A DNA stretch of 64,000 bases, taken from the NCBI GenBank assembly GCA_028534125.1, contig CM052818.1:42532001-42596000 (forward strand), given 5' to 3'. Below the pieces are notes generated by a model. That model made no database searches. It saw only the letters and a list, made by a program, of their open reading frames with translations, and was not told where the DNA came from. Below are positions 24,540 through 36,375 of this stretch, piece after piece. The translations under genes were made by a program, and so were the position numbers. Source of the DNA: Lama glama. Taxonomy: Eukaryota. Position 1 is the first letter of the stretch. Each line of letters opens with the position of its first letter.

Positions 24540-24740
24540 TATGTTTCTGGCACTTTGTAAACATTATGTTGTAAATCTTCATGATAGCTCTGTAATTCCG
24601 GTGTTGTTATCTGCATTTGACAAAGGTGGGAACTGACACTTGAAAAGTTTAAGTAACTTGACTGAAATCACGCATATAATACATGGTGGAGCTCAGATCT
24701 GAACTTAGATTGAATGCCAGAACCCAAGCTGTTTTCATTT
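24540..24740 (-). mobile_element. MIR SINE
   Basis: Reads 'ttatctgcatttgacaaaggtgggaactgacacttgaaaagtttaagtaacttgactgaaatcac'. Confidence 0.65.
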
Positions 24741-25819
24741 TCAATACATTTTGTTGCTGAATATTCTTTAGCCTTTATTATCATCCCAGTGAGAGTCAGG
24801 TTTGATACCTGGAGTTGGTAGAGACATTTTTTATCTTCAGTGCACTCTCTACAGAAGAGGAGGAATCACAATTTCCCATCTGGAAATCTGATGAGACTGG
24901 AAGCTCAGAAACTGAGTTATGGTCCCAGCTAATAACAGGGACCCTTGACACTGTCTATCAGTGGTTTTTGGCAAAATATATAGCTCACAGGAAGCAAATT
25001 TCAGAAGAGAAAAAGGCTTCAACGAGAAAAAAATATATCTCCACCTGCTTCAAATAAACAGCATAAGTTTACATAAGAATCAGGATGGCAGAAGCTGGGA
25101 AATTAGGTGATGTGCTTGGATTTGAAAATCATGAATAAATGAAACAATATTAAAAGAGAGCATCAGAAACATTGATAGAATTGGCTTCCTACCTATCAAA
25201 CAGCATGTGCCTGAATGAGTCTCAGCGTCGACTGCTGGCTTCGAAGTGGAATTACCCGTTATGCAGGGAAAAAAAGATCATGGTAGCACTCAGTGTCTGG
25301 CCTTAGATAATTGGCTCACCTGGTGTACCCTGGTAATTTAGGTTTAAAACTAGTTCAAATTCTATGATGATGAAAATCAGCACGTGTATGGCAAATGCCC
25401 TTGGAAGAAAGCAAAGTGAAATGCTTTAGTGTCTTTGCCTGGCATCATGGCCAAGGTCCCTCTAGAGGGGCTGAGAATTCCTGACTGGCTTGCTGTCTGC
25501 CTTAATGATGACAGAGAAGGACTGAATAGTGTTTAATGATGTTTTAAGTACATCCTAAGTAGAGGCTTATGACCAACATCCAGGAGTAGAGAAAATGCAA
25601 ATGAATGAAACGGAACAATAGCCACGGCTTCCTCCTACTGCAGCCGGAATGAATAAAACTCAGAAAGATCATGAGACTGGCCAGCAAGTGCAAGCCTGGA
25701 GGTGTGGTTGGCTCATCCCAGGCACTGCTGTTGGCTTGATGTGCATAACCAGGGGCGTCGCTGGAATCTGAGTTTGCCAAGAAGATGCCTGGAAAGCTGA
25801 AAAAGACATTTAAGAGACT

Positions 25820-26550
25820 CTACTTTTAATTATAAATAAATAGGTACTTACTAAAGGAAGCCTGTGCTTTCATAGGAACAGAGAAATAAGAATAAAGAAT
25901 TGACCTTAGTCTCATCACCAAACAAAAACCATCTCTTTAACCGTATCATGTGAATCCTTCCTATCTCGCCTTGTGTCGATTTTATTTTTTAAAGCACCAT
26001 TGTAATCATATTGTAAATACAATTTATATCACATTTTCTGCTATTACTATTTAGCAAGCATGTTCTTTTTTTAAAACCATTTCATAATTATATATTTTAA
26101 TAGCTTTACAGTAACTTCTTGAACAAATGTACCATGGCAAACCATGTCTGTGTTGCTATCTGGTTTTTTGGATTCAATTTTTCACTGTCATAAAAAATTC
26201 CACAATGAATGTCTTTGTGCATGGAACTTATTTCCTAGCTTCCAAAGGATTCCTTTGGATTAATATCCAAAAATAGAATTTCTGGATCAAGGAATCTGGT
26301 AAGTTCTTGATACATGCTAACAACTTGTTTTCCAAAAGGACTGTGATTTTTGTCTATTATAATAACATTTGCTCATTGGTATTAGGTATTCTAATTTTTA
26401 AACTGTTAATTTAAGTTTAAAAAGTATATATTTCATTTAAATTTATTGGATTGCTATTAAAATAGAGTATTTTCCCAGGTTGGTTGCCAAATACGTTTCT
26501 TGATGTTATTTGCTTTTTTTTTTTTTTAAATGGTTTGCCCATTTCTCTTG
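25820..26550 (-). mobile_element. Old L1ME-like fragment
   Basis: T-rich, with 'caatgaatgtctttgtgcat...ggattaatatccaaaaatagaatttctggatcaagg'. Confidence 0.6.
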
Positions 26551-27187
26551 AATTGGCTCTAAACTGGTCTCCCTGATTCTGTTCTAACCATTTGATCCTC
26601 TACACGTTGCTAGAATTATTCCTAAAATCAATACCCTCATCACATCACCACTTCCTCCAATCTTTCAATGGCTCCCCATGCCTTCTGACGCAGAGTAAAT
26701 TATTTGCCCTCCATGGAAAGCCACCACAACATGGTCCAAGCTGCCACCCTGCCTGGGCTCGGGCAACTGCTTTAGTAAATATGGAATTAAAGATGGAAAT
26801 ACAACTTCTGAGAATTGTGCGGTGAGAGACTCATCGAGGGTCACACATCTTCTTAAATTCTAGCAGGTCGGCAGCCACAGTTTCTTTAACAAGAGAACCT
26901 GGATGAAGGGTTAATGCACCAGGGATGGTCCACGTCTTACTTTCATATTCCTAAGGGGAAAGCAAGCCTGTTTTGGAGTTCGATCTTCCTGGGCTCCAGT
27001 CCTGCCTCTGCTGTCTGGCCCTGACCTGGGGCAGTTGTTGAGCCTCCATGGCAGCAATGCGCATTTCTCAGGGTTGTTTGGGGTTTGAATTGAAATGATA
27101 AAGTGCATCGTGTATACTAGGATGTTGGGAAATGAAAACTCTTCTAGATCAAGGATGCTCCTCCTTTGAAGAATGAAGGGCTACCTA

Positions 27188-27405
27188 AAACAGTCAGATT
27201 CATAGACGCAAAGAATGGAATGGTGGTCGCCAGGGGCTGGGCGGTGGGGAAGGAGCTAAAGTTTCCGTTAAACCAGGTGAGTAAGTTCTAGGGCCCTGCT
27301 GTACAATTTTGTGTCTGTAGGAAACCATGCTATGCCGTACACTTAAAAATCTGTTAAGTGAGTTGATTTCACATTAAATGCTGTGACTGCAATAAAATAA
27401 AATTA
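27188..27405 (+). mobile_element. L1MA/MB-type 3' end
   Basis: Reads 'agtcagattcatagacgcaaagaatggaatggtggtcgccaggggctgg...gtacacttaaaaatctgttaag...aataaaataaaa'. Confidence 0.8.
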
Positions 27406-29639
27406 TAAAGCATTTAGTTCTTGGGATTTTGTTGTTTTGAGCACAAGAAGCTTAGACTTGCCAAAATTCACAGCACGGGTTGTAGCAAGTTTAAGTAAAA
27501 CAATGTTTAATTGTTGTCAGTTCTGGTTTTGAGGTCTCCCCTTAACTGGCAGGCAGTTCTAGCTTTTTCGGGAGAATCCAGATCCCGGCTGTCTTATTAG
27601 CATCATTTTACAGTTGAAAATATAAATTTCATCATACAATAAAGGCTGGTATTTGTCACTCGTTGTTTGATCCCTAAAAAACATTTTTTAAATAATAAAA
27701 ATAATGAAAAGAACAGTGTTTCCTTCCTTGGTTTGGCAAGTAACACATTACCAAATGCCAGTTTTGGGGAAAGTCTCGAGGATTCTTGTTCAAAAGGTTG
27801 AAATAAATGAAAAACTAGGAAAATCTAATGACAAAAATATTGAAAAGATGATGTGTGAGCAAAATCTTTTCCTCATCTCTAAATGGATGTTATTTCAAAA
27901 AAAAAAACTCAGAAACTGTAAATTGTTTGTATGTATTTGCAGATCCTAGAAATCACTTATTTTGAAAATTTGGCATCAAATCAGAAAATACAAATAAAAA
28001 ATAGCACAAAAACCAATGCTGTGCTAAATGAACTGGATAGTAAAGAAATTATTTTATGCTCTGAAGGAGACCAAGTTTATTAGTGACCAGAGGGCAGGAA
28101 TCCAGTTGGTGAAGATAATTCCAGATTGTACATATGAATCCTTGGCTCTGAAACACTCTCCTAAATGTTATAGATTCCAGTGGCCTAAAAATCATTCAAT
28201 ATATGTCCCAATTTTTTATGGCACTAAAAAAAGAAATAGATGTCTGGAAACGGCTGCAAATTTCTCAAGTTGATTTATCTTTCACGAGTCACAAGAGTAA
28301 AGCCGGTTTTCCGATACCATGTCCTGCATTTATCTTTCCGGAGCGGGAGAGCATTCTAATTAAAACTAATCCAGTCACGAACTTGAAATATCAGGTACTT
28401 TAATGTGATTTGCTTCTTAATGGCCAAGACTATCTTGCCATAAATATTTTGCCCCTGTTTGGTTAGAAGCTAATTCAAAAAAGAGACAAAGCGGTAATCT
28501 GGAAAGCTGGGATCTTCAGTTCCGTCCGATGAGTTTGGAGATTGCTTGGTGGGGTTCAGGCTTGGAGAGGAAGGCATGGGGTCTCTATTCCCTGATGTTC
28601 GAGAACCCAGGGCTGTGGGTAAATCAGTCAATAGTGTTGACACGAGTGCCTCATCTTTAAAGAGAGAAGGACCTCCCGCAGCCCACCCCGCAGAGCAGCA
28701 CAACGCACCCCGACCCTCATTCCTTCCCTTGTGGATTCTTCTTCGTAGCACTGATAACCGGGTGATGCAAAAAGAACTGGTTTCTCATCTGTTGTTCCTG
28801 CATTAGGAAGCAAGCTTTGTGAGTACCAGAATTTGTTGGTTTTGTTTGCTGCTGTTTTCAGACTACCTCAGACTGTTCTCATGAAATGATCCCAAGAAGT
28901 ATTTGCAAGGATGAGAAAGTAAATGATAAAATAAGACAAACCACTCCCAGTCCATCCTCTAGGCTTTGATTGTTTAAAAGGCACTGAATGCAGAATCAGC
29001 AGCTCTTCCCTAGATTCTCCTCCCTCCTTCCCTTTGCCATTGTTCACATCCTAAAAGCCCAGTTAACATGCCTGTCTTGACCGCTGCTCTGGAAATTAAC
29101 TTCTCCCTGCTCTGAGCAGCTTAAGCGTTTTCTAATACTTTATACTACGTTGAGCTATATATATTCCATAACAACTATAATTTAACTTGACATTGTATTA
29201 TGTTGCATAATTATATTACACAATACTATACTATACTATATTGCAATGCAACTAGATTTGTAACATAATGTAGATTTTTTTTCTCCTGTTAGGCTCTGAA
29301 CTCCATAAGGTTAAGAAGTGAATTGTAACCATCTTTTTAATCTCCTCAAATGTCCAATAGCTTGTATCATATGTAGTGAATATTCCGTAAATGTTTGTGG
29401 AATAAACAGCCAATTAGGATAGGACGTATGTGAGAATCCTATAAGAAAGATCTGGATAGTGGACCATTCAATAGCAGAGAGATTACTTAGTGATTCTTCC
29501 ATCAACCCTGTCTTCCTCATAAAGATGTCAGGTTTCCCAGGAAATGCACAATATGTGATACAGCCTCTTTTCTTTGAACAACTTTGAGACAGTGACCTCT
29601 AAGACACTCGTATCTCCCCAGCGCCATGCGACTGGGAGG

Positions 29640-29850
29640 GATGCTGTGCTATGATGGAATCAGACACACTCGTGCTCAATAGCTGTTCCCATCCTTTGCC
29701 AGCTGCATGGTGTGTCATTTGACCTCTCTGAACCTTAGTTCCTCTGTCTGTAACATGGAAGAGGCATTCTTACCTCCCTATGCTCTTTTGATGGCTGAGT
29801 GAGAAAGTGATCGTCAAGTGCCCAGGTGTGTCTGGCAGATCTCAGCAAGC
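29640..29850 (+). mobile_element. MIR SINE
   Basis: Reads 'gtcatttgacctctctgaaccttagttcctctgtctgtaacatgg'. Confidence 0.65.
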
Positions 29851-30320
29851 AGTGACCCCGACCACCTTTGGCATTAGAATTGGGGCTTTTCCAAATGCCT
29901 CCTGCACTTTGTGTCTTCATAGAACATTTCTGTCTGAAAGGAGATTAGAAATGTGGTTTATTTATCATGCTTTGCCACTATTTATTTAATATTCATTGCC
30001 AATTTAATGTTCGTCTTCGGCTTCTGCACAGTTTCTTTGTAACATTCATGAAAGTTGTATTACTTGAGAACAGCTGAGCCCAAAGGAGGCAGGCAGGACA
30101 CAGATCCTGGAAAAGAATCAGTTTGAGTTTACGTTGTAATGATTGCAATCACCAGACCAGACTCAGTGCTGTACCAGGAATTCTACGTACCTTCTCTCTC
30201 CTTACCTGTCCCCCACCCCCGCGCGGAAGGGGCATCTCCCATCTTCTTTAAGACATTGGCTCATTTTGTGCCTATTGGCGGGACTGGGTTAAGTAGCAGT
30301 ACTCTTAGAAGACTAATTCT

Positions 30321-30499
30321 TCTTCTTTCTTCTTTTTCAAGAACTGCTTTTCCTGAATATTTTTATTTTACTTTAAATTTATTTTTTAGGTAGGGGGTGG
30401 TAATTACGTTTTACTTACGTTTATTTATTTATTCTTGGAGGAGGTACTGGCCCTCATGCATGCTAAGCATGCACGCTACCACTGAGCTATTCCCTCCCC
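30321..30499 (-). mobile_element. Vic-1-type SINE with an internal B-box deletion and a 16-bp TSD
   Basis: Antisense head 'gcatgctaagcatgcacgctaccactgagctattccctcccc'. The TSD is ttagaagactaattct (30305-30320) and ttagaagactaactct (30500-30515). Confidence 0.9.
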
Positions 30500-30611
30500 T
30501 TAGAAGACTAACTCTAAACTAGTCTTCCTAAACATTGACTAGTTTAGGATTACCCGGGAGTACATCCTGGGATTGTCAGCTCTTGGTTTTTCAATGAAGC
30601 CTAAGCGAGGT

Positions 30612-30703
30612 GGGGAGGGTATAGCTCAGTGGTGAAGCTAAGTGCTCAGCATGCACCAAGTTCTGGGTTCAATCCCCAGTACCTCCACCAAAAAAACCCC
30701 CCC
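30612..30703 (+). mobile_element. Vic-1-type SINE
   Basis: Reads GGGGAGGGTATAGCTCAGTGG...GGGTTCAATCCCCAGTACCTCC with an A tail. A box at 30622-30632, B box at 30666-30675. Confidence 0.9.
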
Positions 30704-31074
30704 AGAAACCCTGAGTGCTTTCTTTCAGACACAGACAATACTGGATTAAGACTGATAGCACTTACTGGGCAGGCATCCTGCCTTAATGAATTGATAAGAA
30801 GGGTCTGATCCCAGCCCAGTTTAAGCCATCAGGGTGCCTGCTCTGCGAGTTTTAGTGCTCACGTGTAAATGGGCCCTGATATTAGTCACTGTTTGATCCC
30901 TTAAAAAGCTTTTAAAAGCAATCAAAATTACAAAAAAGCGTGAAAAGAACTGTGATTCCTCCCTCCCACTTTGGCAAGCAAGAGGTGCGCAAGCGTTGCC
31001 TCCTAGGCAGTGATAACCATAATAAAGCCAACTAACGTGCACATCTGCAATTTGCAAAGTTCTCCCAGTTCTTA

Positions 31075-31235
31075 TTTGTCATTTACTTCATTATCTGGTT
31101 TATGCCATATGTGTTGTTAGTCCCGTTCTCCATGTGAGAAGTTTGTGGCTGGAGGAATTTAAGTCATTTGCTGGAACACATAGGCAGTAAGTGTTGGAAG
31201 TGAGATCAAACCTAGGCCTTTGGGCTTCCAACCCA
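31075..31235 (-). mobile_element. MIR SINE
   Basis: Reads 'tttaagtcatttgctggaacacataggcagtaagtgttggaagtgagatcaaacctagg'. Confidence 0.6.
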
Positions 31236-31890
31236 ATGAGTTAATGAGTGGATAGAGATGATTTTAAATGATCACATCTGTGCATCCGCACAGTTCTCGT
31301 ATCTGCTTGGCAACTCCCAGTTACGTTTGTGAATGGACTCCTCTGAGGTGCTTCAAAAGCGTTGTCTGTCTTATATTAATGGCTTCTCGGCAATCGTGTT
31401 GACAAGATTCATTTGCAAGCCTCGTTCTCCATGGAGAGCAGGAAGGTAATTGTGTATGGAGGCCCTCTGAGAGTTATGACGGAGGCGGAATTCCCACAGC
31501 CCCGAATGAATGGGCATTCACCGCCTCCTTCTTCCTCATTGTCCCGATGGCTGGTAGGGGTGTCGGAGGGTTAGATGACTCTGGGAGGGCCACTGAGCGG
31601 GCACATGGCGCTGTGGGTACAAAGGCCCCTCCCACTCCTCCCCCTGGTCTAGGGCCTGAGTGCCATGTGTTCGCCTGAACATTAATTAGGGCTGATTTGC
31701 CAGTTGCCAACGGAGTGTGAATCTCTGGAAAGAGGAGCAGATTTGGAGAAATTCATCCTGTTCCTTGGAAGTGAATCCCATCAGAACACCTTCGTCTCAC
31801 TGTCCTCTCGTGAACGGAAGTGTGTTCCACTGCAGGAAGATGTGAGGGTGAAATTTTAATTGCCTAAAAGGCAGGAGGTTCTCAGGGATG

Positions 31891-31904
31891 GTTCCCATAG
31901 CAAC
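31891..31904. promoter_or_regulatory. RFX X-box-like motif
   Basis: GTTCCCATAGCAAC compared with the canonical GTTGCCATGGCAAC. Confidence 0.45.
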
Positions 31905-31908
31905 TGCA

Positions 31909-31944
31909 GTGTGTGTGTGTGTGTGTGTGTGCACGCACACACGT
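31909..31944. repeat. (TG)n microsatellite followed by (CA)-type repeats
   Basis: About 11 GT units, then gcacgcacacacg. Confidence 0.9.
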
Positions 31945-32954
31945 ACTTAATATGTGCATTAGAAGAAAAAAAGCAGCTCATGTTCGTGTGCAAGTCTAGC
32001 ATGTGGAACTGGAAGGAAAGGGAACAGGGGCCCCCAGAGCAGCCTGATGCTGGACGTACTGTTTTCCTTGGTTTGTGTATTTTCTCTCTAACGTGGCAAC
32101 ACCAGTTCCATCCCTCTGTCTCCCTCCCTTCCTTGGCTTCATGTAGACTGGGTGCCACCTGGCACAAGGACACTCTGAGGACAAAGTCGCTGGCGTGCGT
32201 GAGGCAGGGTCCTGTGACGGGTCTCCAGCACGCTGGTCTTTGCTCCTGGGGATGGTTCTGCCCCTGATCTATGAGAGCAGAGGAACCCGGGGGCTTTGTT
32301 GGCAGACAGCCTGGGCCAAGTCCTGGCTTCCATTTATGAGCTCTGTCAACTTAGACACGCCCCTTACCTAGGCAGAGCTTTCTTTTTTTTAAATTTGTTT
32401 GTTTTATTTGTTTTTTAAGCCCATCAAAGGGAGACAAAAGTGGCTTGTCCAGTGTAGTATCAGGTCAGGGAGAAAGTTAGAAGACAAAGTGTGGGAGCTG
32501 TGCTTTTTTTCCTTCCCAGGGCTGGCAGGGAAGTAGGAAATCCACCTGGTTGGGGTTGCACTGTTTAATTGGAAGTCAGCATGACCGGGATGGTTGCCAT
32601 GTTTGCTGGTTTCAGGTAACACATAAAGAACAGTCCATCAGTCAGAGAGGAGGCTTTTTGGAAAGGAGCCCTGGGGACGAAGGAACGGGGCAAGTGCAAG
32701 GTGAATCAGGATTGTGCCTGTTTATCTCTCAGGTGTCTATTCTGTGAGCACGTCGACACCAGAGACTTCTGACTCATTTCACGGACCCAAGACCAAGGGC
32801 AGCGTCTGGTGCTTGGTCAGTTCTGGGCCAGCGTTGAGCTGAACTGAATCTGACCTAGTTCATTTGGCAAAGAGCAAGTTCATGTGCCAGGCTGGAAAGA
32901 GAAGAGAAACAACTTAGAATTTATTCAAGTATTTTGCATCCCATGATTTCTACA

Positions 32955-33104
32955 TATAAAAGCACAGAAAGTGCTTTTAGAGGGTCAGAAACTTGGACTT
33001 TGTATATTCAAGTAGAGGCTTTTTTTGTTTATTTTTAAAATCTGTGCTGTTGTGATTTTTCTTATTGTTGTTTGAATAAGAAGCTTCTGAAAATTCCGGT
33101 GAGT
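32955..33104 (+). promoter_or_regulatory. Candidate TATA promoter with a non-coding first exon
   Basis: TATAAAAG at 32955-32962, an Inr-like TCA with the A at 32987, an ATG-free stretch, and the strong donor CCG|GTGAGT at 33098/33099. Confidence 0.35.
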
Positions 33105-33529
33105 CTCCGCTGGGCGACGTGGGGATGCAGAGGAGGGATCTTTGCATACAGCTTTGCTGGAGAGAAAATTGAGGGGGTGGCGGCAGCTTTTTCCTTGCAA
33201 GCCCTTGAAACCTTCTGTACTTGATTTATCTAAGGAATGATTTTTCTTATAATATCAGCAGCTGCTTCTCTGCCCTTTGGAGGCAGCAGGAGCTCTGGGG
33301 TCCCTGGCAGCCTGCTCCTTCCTGCAATATGAAATCTGCCTTGTCAATTCAAGGCTGGGAATGCTGTTCCCAGCATCCGAGGGTGTCTGTCATCTGGAAG
33401 AAGCAACAGAATCTTCCGACAGCCCCGAGCAATTATTTTGGAAGGATTTCCCTCCGGGCTGTGACAAGAGCATGTGGACAAGGCAAGAGCAGATGTCCCC
33501 TGGTTTGGAGGGGGTGTTTGACCTTGGAG

Positions 33530-33775
33530 GGCAGCATGCCATTTGGCATTGAGATTCTCCGTAATGAAATCTGGACTCCACCACGCATTTGCTCTGTGAC
33601 TCTCAATCAGTTGCTTCACCACTCTGGGCTTCCTGCTTCTTCATTTGTAAATTGGAATCTCGATAGTACTTGGCTGAGAGTCATTAGGATTGAACAAGCT
33701 AATACACATTAAAGTCTTAAAGCGTTGATGCCTGGTAAATAGTACATGAACATCAATATTAGCAGCTGTTAGCAC
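33530..33775 (+). mobile_element. MIR SINE
   Basis: Reads 'gctctgtgactctcaatcagttgcttcaccactctgggcttcctgcttcttcatttgtaaattgga...atgcctggtaaatagta'. Confidence 0.65.
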
Positions 33776-34359
33776 TGTCAGTGTCCCGATGATTCCAGCC
33801 ATCACTGACTCCCAGTGGGGTCTCTTCTGTGTTCTCTAGAGTCAGATCCATGTGACACTTCTTGGGGATCTGCTGTGTGCCAAGCGCAGTGACAGGGACT
33901 TACAGGTATCTTTTTCCAACCTCAGAAGACGACAGATGAGCATGTCATTGCCTGATGGCTCTGAGCTGACTTCTAGGGGGAACTGGTGGGGGCCAGACTT
34001 GAGACAAGGCTGTGCACGTACTTGTGTAGGGTGGGAGAGGCGTGTGAGAGGGGAATATGACGTGCTGGGCCTGGGGCTGCCTTGGCTGGGCATCAGAAGA
34101 TAAAAGGAGATTTCCGGGGGCACAGCTGAGCCCTGAGCAGTTGAAGGCCAGCAAGATGCCAGGGGATGATGTGTCCAGGCTGATGTGGGTCAGGCTGGGG
34201 CCCGAGTTCTGGATGGACAGCAGTGAGGCCAGGGGGCTGGGTAGGGTCTGGGGGAGCCTCTTCAGTGTGCTGTAGGATGCTGAGCGGTCACGAAGGGTAT
34301 TGTTTCGGATCCAGTCAAAGCGCTATGACAGATGCAGCAGCCGTGGCAGGAACGGTGGG

Positions 34360-34505
34360 GACCAAACCTGACTGGTTCTCAGAATCCCCTGGGAGCTTGA
34401 GAAGAATGCGGATTCCTCTACCACACATCTGCCCAATTCATCGGATGCTCTGGGGGTAGGAATTGGAGCCATACAGTCTTGGCAAACTCCCCAGGTATTG
34501 CTGTG
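34360..34505. mobile_element. MER5A-like fragment
   Basis: Reads 'tcagaatcccctgggagctt...aatgcggattcct...aaactccccaggt'. Confidence 0.5.
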
Positions 34506-34599
34506 CCCTTTTTGTTATCGCTGATGGAGCCCGTCAGGGAATGAGCTGGGGGAGAGCAGCTTCTGCTGAGAGGTTACCTGATGCCTGAGATAATGCCAG

Positions 34600-35110
34600 G
34601 CTCTTAGAGCTGAAGGGACTGCAGCCTGTGTTACTGGGAAACCAGGAAAGCCTTGTTGCCGGCAGAGCCCTGCGTGCAGGATAAGGCGGGGAAGACAAGA
34701 CAGGACTATGGCTGCCAAGGGCGCAGGCATGCCTGGCAGGTGGACCCCCGCAGAGTCGGGGCAAGTGGCAATTCAGCTCGTCCCAGGCTGTGACTCCCCG
34801 GGAACCTTGTTAGACGGAAATTGAGAAGCATCGTGCACATCCAGGACCCCCGCTGGGAGCAGCTGGAATCCCTTATGTCCTCACCCCGCCCTCACCGAAC
34901 CCCTTCCTGGCATCTGCCAGGCGGGCTGTCTGAGCTGCGAGCTGCTACGGGCTGCCGCCGCCGCCGGGCACTGAGGGTGTAAGAAAACGCCAGCAGGACC
35001 GCACGCCAGCGATGGACATACTCCCCCTCCCCATCTTTCATCTCTCTGTCCTCACTGCTGGGAATAGTCCCTTCACCGGCTCGCAGCAGCTGGAACCCTC
35101 CCGCTCCCTA
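34600..35110 (+). promoter_or_regulatory. Small GC/CpG-rich promoter-like segment
   Basis: Locally dense CpGs, a GC box CCCCGCCC at 34884-34891, (GCC)4 at 34954-34965, and a possible donor GGT|GTAAGA at 34978/34979. Confidence 0.4.
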
Positions 35111-35530
35111 GAGGTGATCGTTCATAGATTGCTGATTTTTTAAATTGCCATCAACTTCCAGTTTAAGGCATTTCAATCCAGTGAAACACATACTTATCGA
35201 GGACACGTAATGAACCAGGCCCTGAGTCTGGTGCTGGAAGGTACAAGAAAAATTAGGACAGGCTTCCAGTCTCAGGGAGCTCCACGCAGGGAAAGAAAAA
35301 TGCAGGTCAACACATGTCATTCGGCGAAACTCTAATCTTCCAAAGGGCCAACATAAGAATTATTTCTGTGCATGTTTTATCTCCTCTACCTGACGCATTT
35401 TTATAGAGGGCTAGGGGCCATGTCTCATTCAACTTTCTCTTCCCACCCTCCGAAACAGTGAAGGGAGCATGTTTGGTATTCAGTAGATCTTCACTGATCT
35501 GGTTTGAATTGAATTCTACCTAGCACTATG

Positions 35531-35659
35531 ATTTTTTTTTGTTTTTAAATTTTTATTTATTTATATAATTTTATTGAAGTATAGTCTGTTTACAATGTGC
35601 CAGTTTCTGGTGTACAGCATAGTGTGTCAGTCATACCTGTACATACATATATTCGTTTT
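35531..35659 (-). mobile_element. Very short young L1 3' end with a 14-bp TSD
   Basis: Poly(T) followed by 'attgaagtatagtctgtttacaatgtgccagtttctggtgtacagc'. The TSD is tacctagcactatg (35517-35530) and tacctagcactgtg (35660-35673). Confidence 0.9.
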
Positions 35660-36149
35660 TACCTAGCACTGTGTTTTTCATAAATATTATTTGATTTTGA
35701 AATGTTTAGGAACATATTATAGAATGGCAGGCTACAGGTAAGACAGATTCAGGAAAGTCTGAGTCGGATTTATTTTATTTCTGGCAGTGACTGGGTTTTT
35801 AATAAACCCTGACTGTAAGGAGTCAGGATAAAATATCGTTTGAACACATTTAGACAACGCTGAATTAGAAGAATTTGCCAGCGCTTTGAAAGGGCAAATT
35901 GTGACACAAAATTATTTGGACAAATTAGAGGACTGATAAAATCGAATGGGATGATTTTCACTAGCGCAAAGTGTTTGTTCTAGAAAGAAGTACTCTCTCC
36001 AAATGCCGTGTGAGGGAGAAATGGCCAGGGGTTGCCTTAGAAAACACCAGAGATTTGGGAGCAGAAAAGGAATGAAAATACCAGATGAAAAGGAAATCTT
36101 CAGATTTCGCTCTTTCGTTCCCCGACTGATGGAGTAATTTGCCTTCGAT

Positions 36150-36370
36150 GTGGTATAGACGAAAAAGCATAGGGCAGGTCTGAGTTAAAACAGGGGGCCA
36201 CAGTACACTGCATTGTGACCCTGGGCAGTTTCACCTCTCCCAGTGTCAGCTTCCTCCAGTACAAGGTGGCAGGCACTTCCAGGGCTGCTGTGAGTGATGA
36301 TCCAATCAGAAAACAGATGTAAAGGGCCCGGCAGGATCCCTTGCCCATAGCATGGACTCAGTAAATGGTC
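36150..36370 (+). mobile_element. MIR SINE
   Basis: Reads 'ttgtgaccctgggcagtttcacctctcccagtgtcagcttcctc...atgtaaaggg...ctcagtaaatgg'. Confidence 0.65.
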
Positions 36371-36375
36371 CCTCC

